In this document: piece by piece, positions 48,041 through 59,479 of the stretch
Layout of the letters: every line of letters starts with the position of its first letter
Position numbering within the stretch: position 1 is the stretch's first letter
IMG/VR virus record: IMGVR_UViG_3300037418_003103
DNA length: 64,000 bases
Reading direction: 5' to 3' (one strand)
DNA from: a virus
Taxonomy: Duplodnaviria > Heunggongvirae > Uroviricota > Caudoviricetes
Notes under the pieces: generated by a model
What the model was told of the DNA's origin: nothing
The model's database searches: none
Seen by the model: the letters and a program-made list of their open reading frames with translations, nothing else
Position numbers and translations under genes: made by a program

Positions 48041-51000
48041 TATTGTGAAAGTTTATTTATTATTAATTCTAATTCTTTTATTCTCTGTTCTAATTCATGA
48101 ATTTTAACACTGTGAACTTGAATATAATCTAATTCTCTGAACCCGTCATTATTGTAATTAACAGCTTCTGGAATGAAGGCCTCAACTTGCTGAGCTGAGT
48201 AACCGTATCTTTCCTTTTTATTTATATCGTCTTTGAGATAGAATTTTATTAATTCTATTGAAGACTTCTTGTTTGAAAATTCTACTATCTCTTTAAGTCT
48301 AATATCTGATGATTGATAGTAGGCTGGTGCTGTTAAAGATCCAGTTAGAATTCCTCCAGATAGTTTAAGATAACCACCGCTAACGAATGCTGTTGTTGCT
48401 ATCTGGGTTGTACTAGTCCCTGACGCAGCGGTTGGAGCGGTTGGAGTCCCAGTGAAAGCAGGAGAAGAAAGATTAGCTTTAGAAGGTATACCTAGATCAG
48501 ATATTGTTTCAGCTTGAGTTCTCATTAATAATTGTCCACCAGACATTCGTAAGAAATCCAAACCCGAACTAGCATTATGCGGTATTCCAGTAAAGGTAGG
48601 CTGTCCACTCACAGTTAACGAGCTGCCCATGTTAACAGCTCCACCAACATCTAGATTAAAAGTTCCTTGTTGATTTCCATAAGATGCTACTAAAGCTTTT
48701 CCTATTACTAAATTCCCAGCGCCAGTTATCCTTACTGATTCTGAAAGAGTCCCACCAAACATAGTAGAAAACCTAAAGTCTCCTACATCATACCCAGTAG
48801 CAGCTCCAGTTGATTCTATCGTAGCTCCATAATTTACGAATGATCCACCATAAAATCTTATCCTACCGTAAGAATTGACGGTTCCGCTATTAAATGTTAG
48901 AGTGTAGCCTGTAACATCATAAAAAGTTTTGGCACCTGTTATGGTTTGAACATCAGTTAGAGTTGCTAGATTTAGAGTCGTTACGAACGATGCTGGAGAA
49001 AGATAACGAAGATAAGCATCTTGTGAACAGTATATTCTAGTGAGTGGAGTAACAGCTACTCCAGATATCGTGTTTATCCATCCAGTCTGTAAGTATCCTG
49101 AACTATCAGTCCTAACTATCTGATTAGCAACATTGTTAACTCCAGTAGCTACAGATAAACCATCTACCGATCCAGCATTTCCAGTTATGTTTATGTTCCA
49201 AGTTCCTGAAGCTCCAGCTCCAAGAAGAGTCGGAGCCAGTGTATTGTAATTAACACTGTCTAACAATAGTCTCCACGGAGACCAAGATCCACTGTAAAAC
49301 GATCTAAAATAACAATTTTCAAAGGCTGTATAAACATGATAGTACTGGAATATGAAAGTATTAGCGAAAACCTCTAATTTACCAGCTTTAGCAATTGGAT
49401 AATGAAGTCCTGTAGCTGCTTGAGAATCAGCATATTGAATATACCAACCAGTAGTAGTATAAGTGTCCAGATTAGCTGAACCTGGAATCAATGCTCCTTG
49501 CGAAAAAGAGTTATTAAGTTGAGTCTGAATTGAAGAGGTAACACCATCTAAGTATCCTATCTCTGTTGATGTAATAGTTCCTATTGACGTTGTAGATGGT
49601 AGAACTACTGTTCCAGTAAATGTTGGAGAGACTTTAGGCGCATAAGTTGAAGCCGCAACTGAAGTAGTAAGGTATGTAGAGTTGTCATAAGAGACAGCCG
49701 TACCTGAAACTTTTACAAAACCAGTTCCTGATAATACAGATTGCGCATCAGTTATTCCATAACCAGCAAGTGTTGTGGGAGTAGAAGTAATTGCAGAAAA
49801 TGTTGGAGTAGATGAAATTACTCCAGCAGATATGGTGATTCCAGCACCGATCTTCACTCCGCCTAAAACTGAAGCTGATGCTGTTGGTAATGAATATGCT
49901 GAAGGAGTTCCAGTTAATAGTGAATAAGGAATAGAGCCAGCAGTTAGCGTTCCAATAGTGGTTATAGATGAGCTACCAGCTAATGGAGATTTGCCATTCA
50001 ACTGTGTCTGGATTGATGAAGTAACTCCATCTAAATATCCTAATTCAGTAGAAGTAATCAATCCTATTGAAGTTGTTGAGGGCAGAACTACCGTTCCAGT
50101 GAATGTTGGAGATACTAAAGGTGCATAAGTTGATGCAGCAGAAGCAGTTGTCAGATAAGTTGAGTTGTCATAACTGATTGTTGAACCAGCTATCTTCACG
50201 AAACCAGTTCCTGATAATGCTGATTGGGCATCAGTAATTCCGTATCCACTTAATGTTGTTGGCTTACCAGTTATGCTAGCCCAAGCTAAAGATGATGCAG
50301 TAGTCAGATAACCAGCGTCATTTGCGAATGAAGAAACATTATCTCCTATAAATGTTACATCTTTATAAACTGAATAAGCAGCGGTATCTTGGAAAGCACC
50401 TTGATAAATTCTCATGCCTATTCCTATCTTCTTGAACATTACAAGATTCTGATAACCGCCAGAAGAATCTTGATAGCCTCCAAAATGAATATAATCTGCG
50501 TAAGGAGAACCATTGCCAGCATTAGCCCAGGAAGTGAACCCAAACCTTAAACTATGTGAAGATATATCATTTGGATGAATCGTTCTTAAATCTTGATAAT
50601 CAATATAAGAAGTTGGATATATGTTTGAATCTACTGAGCCATCCGCTTTAAGAAATTGTGAAGAAGTGCCTCCAGATTTGATGAAAGAAGAAGCTAAAAT
50701 GTTCCCTGTAGTATGAATTGCTTGAGTTGGAGTTGTTACGCCAAAACCTACATTTTTATTAAAATTTTCGTATGGCCTAGGATAGATTGTCGTGTCAGTG
50801 GTGTATATAGTTCCAGCAGTTAGAGTTGCAGCATTTGTTATCAAAGCTGCTGTGCTAGAAAAGAATTCGAATTTTATTCTAGGAGTATTAGAAGTGCTTA
50901 CTCTATGAACTAAAGTTATTTTGAATCTTGAATTAGTTGAGTCCCAAGATAAGTCAGAAATAGCATAATTGTCTGCAGTATTACCTTCTATTTCAGTATA

Positions 51001-54000
51001 TCTTGTCTCTTGGTTATATATGGTTCCTCCAGTGTTGATTCCTAAGCCAAAGACCTTAATCATGTATCCTATAGCATTTTGCATATTGAATCCATCAGTA
51101 ACAGTAACTTTTATCATTCCATTGAATGTCTGAACACCAGTGAAGTAAAAATCTACTTTTTGGTTTGGCGTTGCATCAGGAAAATTGACACTAAAAGTTT
51201 TCGTAATGGAACCAGTATCTAGTCTATAAGAAGTGTTATTGACATCTAAAGCAGCTAAAGGAGTTGCAGTGAATAATCCGATGCTAGTTCCATTGTCAAA
51301 TACCGAAGAATTACCTATGCTTGAAGTGGAAGTAAATTTAGAAAGATAATTTGTAGCTCCAGATATAGAAGTAGAAATAATGTCAGTGGTTGCAACCTTA
51401 TGCCAAGGCAGCCATCCACTGACATTCTTGGCTCTAAAGTAAAAAGAACCAATTCCATCACTATTACCATTATCATATAATAATTGTAGATTATTATTAT
51501 CAGACCCATAACTAAATGTAATTGCACCACCGTATTGTGCTGCATTTGGCTTATTGGCTGGTGGAGTTGAATACCATGCGGTAAACCTTGCTGGTTCAGT
51601 ATTCAAATCAGTAGATGTGGATGTGTTTATAGCATTCATATACCGAATAGAATCTACTGAACCATCTGCCTTTAAGAATTGTGAAGAAATGCCACCATTC
51701 ATTATAAATGATGTACCTTTTATATTTCCAACAACTTCTAATGTTTGTGTTGGCGACGCAGTTCCTATTCCTACTTTTCCGCCAGATGGATTTAATAAAA
51801 TGTTATAAGCAGTTGCTACTCCATCTTGCCTCATTGCTTGAAACCATGTATCACCATTTGATACAACACCAGAATATAAACCATATAAACCATTTGATCC
51901 TAAAATCGAAAATGAACCTGATATAGTTCCAAGTGCGGGTACTGGAGAACTTGATATAGAATAAGCAGATAATTTTCGTGCGGTTACAATTCCTGTTCCT
52001 GCTGCAATTGATACTGTTGTAACATTTTTTATATTAAAATTTAAAGTTCCATACATTGAATCACCAGCCGATAGTAAATATTGTCTAGCATATGGCGCTG
52101 ATACATGTCTGATCCCGATTTCGGATAAGTATACAAAAGCACCATTTATTATTTTTGGGTTTTGAAAAGTAAATCTTGCATAACGCCAAGTACTACCAGT
52201 TATTCCAGCAGGGTTAGCTTCTGATCCAACCCACATAGAATCAGGAAAAAATGTTTGAGCTGATGCATCAAAACTCCATCCGACAGCAGAATAATAATTT
52301 GTCCCATCTGATGACACAGAAACAGAAATATTTTTATAATTGTAAGAGTTATAGCCACGGAATGCAACAAATGGTTGCCATAATGAATGTGAATAATTAT
52401 TAACGTTACTAAGCATGTCAATATCTACGACAAAAGAATCATCAGAACCGTCAACTCCAGGAATACCCATAAATGCACCAGAACCGTCAAATATAGCTCT
52501 AAGTTGAGAAGCCGAATAATTTGTTTGAACTCCACCTTGAGTTAAAACTGCTGTAACAGTACCTTTTAAATCAACATTTGTTAATTCATTTCTATCATAT
52601 AAACCAGTCATTCCTAAATCAAAAATCTCACCATTTAAAGCAACATAGGAGTTCTTTAACCATTTATTAGAAATATTTTGTGGTTGTGAAACTAATGTAT
52701 TTTGAACATAAGCAGTTGTTGCTATTTTAGTTGATGCATCAGTTGATGATTGTGTTACAGCAGTTCCATTTCCCGTAATTGTTGGAGACGAAATTGTTGG
52801 AGACGAAGAATTCACTATCTGTTTCCATGGACTCCAAGTACTAGCATATTTATTCCTATAATAAATCTGTTCAGCTATCTGACTATTTTGGTAAACTTGG
52901 TATGTTTGATATATCATAGATGGACTTGCAAACACTTCTAATTTACCAGCATTAGGTGATGGATAATTTGTACCAGATACAGCATTACCATTTAAGTCTT
53001 GATAATACCATCCTGTAGAAGTATAAGTGTTCAAATCTGCACCTGATGGAATAGATACTCCAGCTATATTTGCTTTCAATCCTAAGCTTGAATCTATTTG
53101 AGTCTTTGTATAAGCATCTGTGATTCCATAACCTGATATAGTGGTTGGTTTGTTTAAAATCTGCGCCAATCCAGAAACAGCGTTCCAATCAGCATTTACT
53201 TGAGTTGGTACAGCATTTATTGCATCTGATACAGCTTTTGTTGTTGGATAAGTAATATCAGATGGAGTTGCTAAAGAAGTTACTTTATTTGATTGCGGTT
53301 CGTAAACAGTATTATCATAACTTATGGTAGTTCCTGAGATCTTAACAAAACCAGTTCCATTTAGAACACTTTGTGCATCTGTTATTCCATATCCACTTAG
53401 AGTCGTTGGATTTGGAGCGGCTGTTAATACACCAGTTGGAGACACTGAAACGAATCTTGTTCCAGTCCCCGAAAGATTAGAAAGTGTTGTTACACCAGTA
53501 ACATTTAAAGTACTAGATAGATTTGCACTCGTAAGAACACTATTTCCTGTCACAGTTAGAACACCAGAGATAGCATTTAGCCCTATCACCATTAGTCCAG
53601 AACCGTTCTTTACTTCTATGTCACCAGAACTAGCATTAAAATACATTCCGTATTGAGTGATATTATTTACTGGATTTGCATATCTAAAAGCATAAGAGTT
53701 TGCTAAAACTATAGGAGATGATGTTCCGTTGAATATAATATTTCCGTCTGATGTAATATTAACATAATTAGTTGCATTACCTATTTTCGCATTCCCAATA
53801 GTTAATCCAGATAATGAAGTATTACCTGCAGTAAGAACTTGGTCTAGTGTTGGCGTTGGCACAGTAGGCAACAGCTGCCAAGTATTATCCTCCCTAAGGA
53901 ACTTAGTTGTTCCACCTCCATTAGATCCTAAGTATTGATAGTTTATAACGTCGCCCTGCCATGTGCCTAGTGTTACCGTTCCAAGAGTAGTTATTGTAGT

Positions 54001-54285
54001 TTGTCCAGAATAAACATTAGAGATATCTATGATTGGATTCGTAGCCGTTCCATTAATAATTATCCTAGCGTCAGTACCAGTAATAGCTGATATAGCTCCG
54101 ATAGCACTAAGAGTACCATTTTCGGTATTGAGAACAAGATTGCTCCCCAGCAGGATTTCCTGTATAACGCCAGGAATAGCATCAGATCTACCTAGGAGTA
54201 TTGACCCCTGTGTTGTCTGTTGAATATCTGAGTATTCTACTGAAAAATCTCTTATTTGTTGACCTGTAATACTAGTGGCTGGCAT
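48040..54285 (-). CDS. Long tail fibre with knob domains and C-terminal intramolecular chaperone (peptidase S74-like)
   Basis: 2081 aa; PTTLSGYGITDA repeats; knob domains (DLNTYTSTGWYYQ...AGKLEV...WSPW); SPAFTGTPTAPT; SDIRLKE...GYSAQQVE...coiled coil. Confidence 0.85.
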   Translation of the reverse strand: MPATSITGQQIRDFSVEYSDIQQTTQGSILLGRSDAIPGVIQEILLGSNLVLNTENGTLSAIGAISAITGTDARIIINGTATNPIIDISNVYSGQTTITTLGTVTLGTWQGDVINYQYLGSNGGGTTKFLREDNTWQLLPTVPTPTLDQVLTAGNTSLSGLTIGNAKIGNATNYVNITSDGNIIFNGTSSPIVLANSYAFRYANPVNNITQYGMYFNASSGDIEVKNGSGLMVIGLNAISGVLTVTGNSVLTSANLSSTLNVTGVTTLSNLSGTGTRFVSVSPTGVLTAAPNPTTLSGYGITDAQSVLNGTGFVKISGTTISYDNTVYEPQSNKVTSLATPSDITYPTTKAVSDAINAVPTQVNADWNAVSGLAQILNKPTTISGYGITDAYTKTQIDSSLGLKANIAGVSIPSGADLNTYTSTGWYYQDLNGNAVSGTNYPSPNAGKLEVFASPSMIYQTYQVYQNSQIAEQIYYRNKYASTWSPWKQIVNSSSPTISSPTITGNGTAVTQSSTDASTKIATTAYVQNTLVSQPQNISNKWLKNSYVALNGEIFDLGMTGLYDRNELTNVDLKGTVTAVLTQGGVQTNYSASQLRAIFDGSGAFMGIPGVDGSDDSFVVDIDMLSNVNNYSHSLWQPFVAFRGYNSYNYKNISVSVSSDGTNYYSAVGWSFDASAQTFFPDSMWVGSEANPAGITGSTWRYARFTFQNPKIINGAFVYLSEIGIRHVSAPYARQYLLSAGDSMYGTLNFNIKNVTTVSIAAGTGIVTARKLSAYSISSSPVPALGTISGSFSILGSNGLYGLYSGVVSNGDTWFQAMRQDGVATAYNILLNPSGGKVGIGTASPTQTLEVVGNIKGTSFIMNGGISSQFLKADGSVDSIRYMNAINTSTSTDLNTEPARFTAWYSTPPANKPNAAQYGGAITFSYGSDNNNLQLLYDNGNSDGIGSFYFRAKNVSGWLPWHKVATTDIISTSISGATNYLSKFTSTSSIGNSSVFDNGTSIGLFTATPLAALDVNNTSYRLDTGSITKTFSVNFPDATPNQKVDFYFTGVQTFNGMIKVTVTDGFNMQNAIGYMIKVFGLGINTGGTIYNQETRYTEIEGNTADNYAISDLSWDSTNSRFKITLVHRVSTSNTPRIKFEFFSSTAALITNAATLTAGTIYTTDTTIYPRPYENFNKNVGFGVTTPTQAIHTTGNILASSFIKSGGTSSQFLKADGSVDSNIYPTSYIDYQDLRTIHPNDISSHSLRFGFTSWANAGNGSPYADYIHFGGYQDSSGGYQNLVMFKKIGIGMRIYQGAFQDTAAYSVYKDVTFIGDNVSSFANDAGYLTTASSLAWASITGKPTTLSGYGITDAQSALSGTGFVKIAGSTISYDNSTYLTTASAASTYAPLVSPTFTGTVVLPSTTSIGLITSTELGYLDGVTSSIQTQLNGKSPLAGSSSITTIGTLTAGSIPYSLLTGTPSAYSLPTASASVLGGVKIGAGITISAGVISSTPTFSAITSTPTTLAGYGITDAQSVLSGTGFVKVSGTAVSYDNSTYLTTSVAASTYAPKVSPTFTGTVVLPSTTSIGTITSTEIGYLDGVTSSIQTQLNNSFSQGALIPGSANLDTYTTTGWYIQYADSQAATGLHYPIAKAGKLEVFANTFIFQYYHVYTAFENCYFRSFYSGSWSPWRLLLDSVNYNTLAPTLLGAGASGTWNINITGNAGSVDGLSVATGVNNVANQIVRTDSSGYLQTGWINTISGVAVTPLTRIYCSQDAYLRYLSPASFVTTLNLATLTDVQTITGAKTFYDVTGYTLTFNSGTVNSYGRIRFYGGSFVNYGATIESTGAATGYDVGDFRFSTMFGGTLSESVRITGAGNLVIGKALVASYGNQQGTFNLDVGGAVNMGSSLTVSGQPTFTGIPHNASSGLDFLRMSGGQLLMRTQAETISDLGIPSKANLSSPAFTGTPTAPTAASGTSTTQIATTAFVSGGYLKLSGGILTGSLTAPAYYQSSDIRLKEIVEFSNKKSSIELIKFYLKDDINKKERYGYSAQQVEAFIPEAVNYNNDGFRELDYIQVHSVKIHELEQRIKELELIINKLSQ
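49520..50262 (-). repeat. Internal ~250-bp diverged direct repeat in the fibre gene
   Basis: ~49520-49780 vs ~50005-50262, both encoding PTTLxGYGITDAQSxLSGTGFVK...YLDGVTSSIQTQLN; a partial third copy lies at ~53310-53410. Confidence 0.8.
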
Positions 54286-54306
54286 CTTTAATAAATATAA
54301 CTAATA

Positions 54307-56064
54307 TTAATAAATGTAACTTACCCTTATTTTATCTCCTGCCATTGGAATCGCTCCACTTAAAAATGTTAGTGTCTTTGATGATAAAGTATAATCATTA
54401 CCCAGACCAGAGTCAAGTAAAAGGCCATTTAAATATACCGATTCCTTATTTGATATAGGGATATTTGCAAGTATGAAGACAGTATTAACGCCGTCAGTTG
54501 TTCCACTTGGTGTCTCCCTTACAACAAACCTAGTTGAATCGACGACGGTAAGAGAATTACCGTAAATTTTTTCTATTGCCGTTAAAATTGTATCACTGAC
54601 ACCAACCGCGCCAGTAGTTTGTATAAAGCCACTAAGTGTTTTTCCAATAACAGCAGAATTATTAATTGTTACATTAAGAGATCCTGCTGAGGTAGTTACT
54701 TCACCACTTAACGCAGGAAATTGACTGGCCTGTAAAGTACCAGAAGCCATACTACTAAGGTTAACAGAACCCCACGATGGGGTTGATCCACCTATTAAAA
54801 CCTGAGTAGTTGTTCCCGCAGCAAGTCTAAGAGCGCTTCCTGATGTGCCGCCATAAATAATATCACCCGCATTTACCATCGGAGATAACGCGTTGAAGCC
54901 TGCAAGAGCAGTAACCTGGCCTGTTCCTCCTCTAGTAACTGATATGGGAGATGCTTGCCAATTTCCAAAATTTATTGTTCCAAGCGTGGTGATACTTGTT
55001 TGACCAAGATACGCTGAGTCAATATCTATAGTAGGCGTAATTGTGCCACCTCCGCTTACAGAAATTCTGTTGGGCGTTCCTGTTGTTGTTATTGTGAAAG
55101 TTCTGTTAGCTGCAAGAGTTTGAGTATTTCCATTTATTGTAAGGCTTCTTGATAATGGAATGTACAGTGTATCGGTATAAGATGAATCAAGAGAGAAAGC
55201 GTTTCCTATAAGTGAAATACCTGTTCCGTTGGTATAGGTTCCTGCGCCAGATATTTGAACGTATGTAATAGGATCAGTACCAATGGTAGGAGCTGTGGAA
55301 TTTGAGTTGGTCCACTGAGTATTTTTGTTTAAGGTTCCGCCACCACTGACATATACAGCAGAGCCAAACACTTCTGGACTATTATCCTCGTCAACTGCTC
55401 TTGTCCAAGATCCATTTGCGACCACGTAAATACCATTCTGTGAGGCAGTTGTCTGGTTCTTAACAAGAACTCTGTCACCTATATTTAAAATAACTCCATC
55501 TACACTTTGTGTTCCTGATAGTGTTATGTTTGTCGTTGTTGCCGCAAGAACAGCATTTTTCCATGACAGGCCTGTAACTATATTATCTACATAATTTTTA
55601 TTAACTGCGTGATTTGAATTGGTAGGATCACCAGCCAGGGTCAAGAAGCCTGTCATAGACCCACCGCTCAATTGTAAGTATCTGGAATCAAATCCCGTAT
55701 AACTTGGACTGACATAATCAGTATTAGCAACTGCTGAAAGTATAGAAGTACCATCACCCTTTAAAAGACCTGTAATTGTTGTGGAAAGTGTTATAGCTGG
55801 AGTTGTTGTTGGATTAGCTATTGATCCAGAAAATCCGTTTGCGGTAATAACTGAAATACTAGTAAGCGTTCCAATACTGGATGATAATATACCTGTTGAA
55901 GAATTAAGTGTTAAACCAGTTCCAAGTATAATCTCCTGAAGAGTACCTGCTGAATTTGTATACCTCCCAAGAAGAGCTTGTGAAGCACTTAAAGTGTCCT
56001 GAATTTTATCATAAGTAATGCTTTTATCCTTGAACTGTCTCCTAACTAGTGCTGTAGTACTCAT
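54307..56064 (-). CDS. Tail fibre / fibre-branch protein
   Basis: 585 aa; HAVNKNYVD; NITLSGTQSVDG...GDRVLVKNQT..SQNGIY...WTRA module; C-terminal ETPSG..DG.N..F domain. Confidence 0.75.
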   Translation of the reverse strand: MSTTALVRRQFKDKSITYDKIQDTLSASQALLGRYTNSAGTLQEIILGTGLTLNSSTGILSSSIGTLTSISVITANGFSGSIANPTTTPAITLSTTITGLLKGDGTSILSAVANTDYVSPSYTGFDSRYLQLSGGSMTGFLTLAGDPTNSNHAVNKNYVDNIVTGLSWKNAVLAATTTNITLSGTQSVDGVILNIGDRVLVKNQTTASQNGIYVVANGSWTRAVDEDNSPEVFGSAVYVSGGGTLNKNTQWTNSNSTAPTIGTDPITYVQISGAGTYTNGTGISLIGNAFSLDSSYTDTLYIPLSRSLTINGNTQTLAANRTFTITTTGTPNRISVSGGGTITPTIDIDSAYLGQTSITTLGTINFGNWQASPISVTRGGTGQVTALAGFNALSPMVNAGDIIYGGTSGSALRLAAGTTTQVLIGGSTPSWGSVNLSSMASGTLQASQFPALSGEVTTSAGSLNVTINNSAVIGKTLSGFIQTTGAVGVSDTILTAIEKIYGNSLTVVDSTRFVVRETPSGTTDGVNTVFILANIPISNKESVYLNGLLLDSGLGNDYTLSSKTLTFLSGAIPMAGDKIRVSYIY

Positions 56065-56179
56065 CGCTATATTTACTTATAAATATCTATCGCTATATTA
56101 AAACTCGCATATTTATTTAAAGACTATATAGTCTAAGATGGACACCTTTATATAAAGGTTTATTATAATACGCACATAT

Positions 56180-59100
56180 GTGATGGCAAATAGAACGGCG
56201 AGTATTTTACTTAAAAGTTCTGGCGTTGTTGGAAAGATTCCTTCAATTTCAGACCTTGCACTAGGTGAATTGGCGATAAATTTCGCTGATGCTAAGCTGT
56301 ATTCTAGATACACTGCTGGCTCAGGTGCAACGGAGGTAAGACAAATAGGCTGGGATCGTCTATCTCTCACAGGCGGCACAGTTACAGGCAACATTACAGC
56401 TAATTCGTTCTTTGGAAATGGTTCTGGAATTACAGGCTTATCAGCCTTGAATATTACTGGATTTACCTCAGGCAGTGTAGTATTCGGGAGTGGTACAGGT
56501 TTAACACAGGATAATGCTAATTTATTTTGGGATAATACGAACAAAACTCTCAGTATCGGTCCAATCCATACTCAGATATCCAATTATAATAACCTCCTAA
56601 ATTTATCTTCTTCTTCAGGAAGAGCTCTTCTTTCAATTAATAACACAAGTGCATATGGAACATCAAGCATAGTCCTCTTTAACTCTTCTGGACATAGCGC
56701 TTCATTCGAAGTTTTAGGGCCATCATACGCTGGAATTGGAGAAGCTGCTGATTTCTCAACAGTAGGCTTAGACTTAGCGTTCAACACAGATGGAGGATCT
56801 TCAACGGGTGGAAATCACGTGATAAAGTTTGTTCCAGGCGGGTATGCAACAACTAATGAAAGATTACGAATAGCTCCTTCTGGAGTAATGATAGGCTATT
56901 TAAACAGAAATCCTACTGCGAGATTAGAAATACAAGCAAGTGATGGCACGCTGGGGACGGCGCCAATAAAGATAAACGCTGGAAGTCTTCTATCAACCAT
57001 ATCAGACGGCTCTATAGAGTATGATGGAACTCATTTTTATTCTTCAATCGGAACTAACAGATATCAGTTGGATCAGCAAACGCTGGACCAAGTACTTACA
57101 GCTGGTAATACTTCTACCAAGACTATAAGTGTAGGAGGAGCTACTATTTCATCTATATCTAACGCTACTGGTGATTTTATTACCAGAAATTCTATTACTG
57201 GACTACTAAGCATTAGAACTGCAACGCAAGCCTTGTCAGATATGGGCGGATTCAGTAGCTCATCAATTCAATCATTTGCAACAGAAGGTAGTACTCTCGA
57301 TGCAAACACCGTTAATCCGTTGGGCGGATTCACTTCTTATTATAGTGGGTATCCAGCTAACGCTGCTTCGCCAGCTATAAGCTATGGAGGGCTAATTACA
57401 TTTGTAAGTTACAGTACTAATAACAATAACCTACAGTTGCAATATGGGAATGGACACAGTGATGAAGCATATAGTACATTGTGGTTTAGAAATAAAAATG
57501 CTGCGGGGTGGACTAGTTGGAAAAAGGTTTGGTCTAGTTATGATTTCACTCAGACTGATATTAATAATTGGAAGACCTCATACTCAGCATCATCTGCCTT
57601 CACGTCTGGTTCTGTTATCTTTTCAAGTGGAAGTGGATTGACTCAAAACAATGCTAATTTATTTTGGGACAATACTAATAATAGATTAGGTATAGGAACT
57701 AACACTCCATCATCAGGAACTCCATACGGAAATACCAAGGTTCACATATATGATACATCTGGATCTGGCTCATCCCTAGTTATAGAAAATAGCGGTTCTA
57801 CATCTTTATTGGGTTCTGAGTTAACTTTAAAGACTAGTTTTTCTTATAGAGGTAAAGGGATAACAATGTATTCTACAGACTCTAATGCAGCCTGGGGTAT
57901 TGGAGTTCCATATGGTAAACCAAATACGTTTCAAATAGGATATGTTAGTGATTACACTTCTCTAGCTTATAAACAAACAGAAACACTTAAAGGTCAAAAT
58001 GAAGGAATTTTCCAACTAACAACGACAGGTAATCTCACGATTACAGGCGCAATGACTGTTCAGTCATTATCCGCTACAGGAACTGTGACAGGTTCAAATC
58101 TACTATACACTACAGGAAATCAGACAATTAATGGGATTGATACATTCACAAATATTCCTAACATTGGCATATCTAACACAAACTCCATTGAAAATGGAAG
58201 ATATAGTCCTTTTTATTCAGCCATAGCAGCAGGAACTCCGCTTTATTTTGATGAGGAGTTTGCTTCAGGAAATAATGCAATAAGCATTTATAATAACTCA
58301 GGCGGAACTGGTTTAACCTTTACTAGAGTATCCGATACTCAATCACCAAATAGAAGCGGATATAAACTTACATTCACCTATGTTTCAGGAGGGCCTACGT
58401 CTCCTGGCCTAGGAGGCTTCGTTCCAACTGCATTTATTGTTTCAGCAAACAGAACATATGTTCATAGATTTAGAGCTAAATTACCTATTGGATACTCTTT
58501 CGCATCAGCATCAAATGCTCTAGGCACTGGTAACGATGATTATTTCATAACGTCTATTAACGGCACTGGTGAGTGGGAGGAATACATGAGAGTGATAAAG
58601 GCTGGCTATGCAGGAACATTTTCTTCAAGTGGTCATATTTATGTTAACGGACCTACTACTTCTGGAATGACATGGTACTTGGCTTCATCAAATATTTATG
58701 AGGTTCAAACAAGCTCAAGCGTTTATTCAAATGGAAGTTATGCTGATCCATCTTGGATTACATCTCTTTCAGCGTCTAAGATTCCTGGAATGAATCTTGA
58801 ACAAGTATTAACTAATGGAAATACCACTACTAAGAGTGTCACAATCGGTGGAACATTAAGTTTTAGTGGAACTGGAAGTATGAATATACATAACGAAGCC
58901 TATGCCTTCAAGTCATACGAATTTCCATCAGCAGGAATGGTTTTCACTTACGCGCGTTACGGCTTTGAATTTAGAGACGGAGGTGCAAATACCATTGCTA
59001 AGATAGGAATACAGGCTGGTTATCCTAATTACTTCATTCAGCCACTTGGGGTAGGACTTACTGCCCCTACAGCCATGCTTCACATTGCTGCTGGAACATC

Positions 59101-59470
59101 TACTACTCCTTCATTGAAACTTACGTCTTCTACTCTGGTAACAACTCCTCAGGCTGGCTCAATAGAGTATAATGGAACTCATTTATACGCAACAATAGGC
59201 GTTAATAGGTATCAACTGGATCAACAAACAACAGGTTTATATAATTCGTCAAACTTTGTAAATAAAGAATCTCCATCAGGTACAACAGATGGAACAAATG
59301 CTACATTTGTGCTTACTAATATTCCTGTACTTGGAAGCGATCACATCTACGTTAATGGCGTCTTAATGGAAGAAAATTCAGACTATACCATCTCAGGAAA
59401 AACTATTACATTTTTAACAGGTGCTATCCCAGAAGCATCTGATAAGATACGAGTATCTTATCAAAAATAA
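56180..59470 (+). CDS. Tail fibre protein (opposite strand to neighbours)
   Basis: 1096 aa; N-terminal GELAINFADAKLY; NLFWDNTNNRLGIGT repeats; knob domain; carbohydrate-binding-like domain; C-terminal ESPSGTTDG domain. Confidence 0.8.
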   Translation: MMANRTASILLKSSGVVGKIPSISDLALGELAINFADAKLYSRYTAGSGATEVRQIGWDRLSLTGGTVTGNITANSFFGNGSGITGLSALNITGFTSGSVVFGSGTGLTQDNANLFWDNTNKTLSIGPIHTQISNYNNLLNLSSSSGRALLSINNTSAYGTSSIVLFNSSGHSASFEVLGPSYAGIGEAADFSTVGLDLAFNTDGGSSTGGNHVIKFVPGGYATTNERLRIAPSGVMIGYLNRNPTARLEIQASDGTLGTAPIKINAGSLLSTISDGSIEYDGTHFYSSIGTNRYQLDQQTLDQVLTAGNTSTKTISVGGATISSISNATGDFITRNSITGLLSIRTATQALSDMGGFSSSSIQSFATEGSTLDANTVNPLGGFTSYYSGYPANAASPAISYGGLITFVSYSTNNNNLQLQYGNGHSDEAYSTLWFRNKNAAGWTSWKKVWSSYDFTQTDINNWKTSYSASSAFTSGSVIFSSGSGLTQNNANLFWDNTNNRLGIGTNTPSSGTPYGNTKVHIYDTSGSGSSLVIENSGSTSLLGSELTLKTSFSYRGKGITMYSTDSNAAWGIGVPYGKPNTFQIGYVSDYTSLAYKQTETLKGQNEGIFQLTTTGNLTITGAMTVQSLSATGTVTGSNLLYTTGNQTINGIDTFTNIPNIGISNTNSIENGRYSPFYSAIAAGTPLYFDEEFASGNNAISIYNNSGGTGLTFTRVSDTQSPNRSGYKLTFTYVSGGPTSPGLGGFVPTAFIVSANRTYVHRFRAKLPIGYSFASASNALGTGNDDYFITSINGTGEWEEYMRVIKAGYAGTFSSSGHIYVNGPTTSGMTWYLASSNIYEVQTSSSVYSNGSYADPSWITSLSASKIPGMNLEQVLTNGNTTTKSVTIGGTLSFSGTGSMNIHNEAYAFKSYEFPSAGMVFTYARYGFEFRDGGANTIAKIGIQAGYPNYFIQPLGVGLTAPTAMLHIAAGTSTTPSLKLTSSTLVTTPQAGSIEYNGTHLYATIGVNRYQLDQQTTGLYNSSNFVNKESPSGTTDGTNATFVLTNIPVLGSDHIYVNGVLMEENSDYTISGKTITFLTGAIPEASDKIRVSYQK

Positions 59471-59479
59471 TAAGATTAT

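Noticed and set aside
49520-50262. Diversity-generating retroelement TR/VR pair
   Set aside because: Both copies are in-frame coding, differences are mostly synonymous and not adenine-specific, and no reverse transcriptase is present in the window
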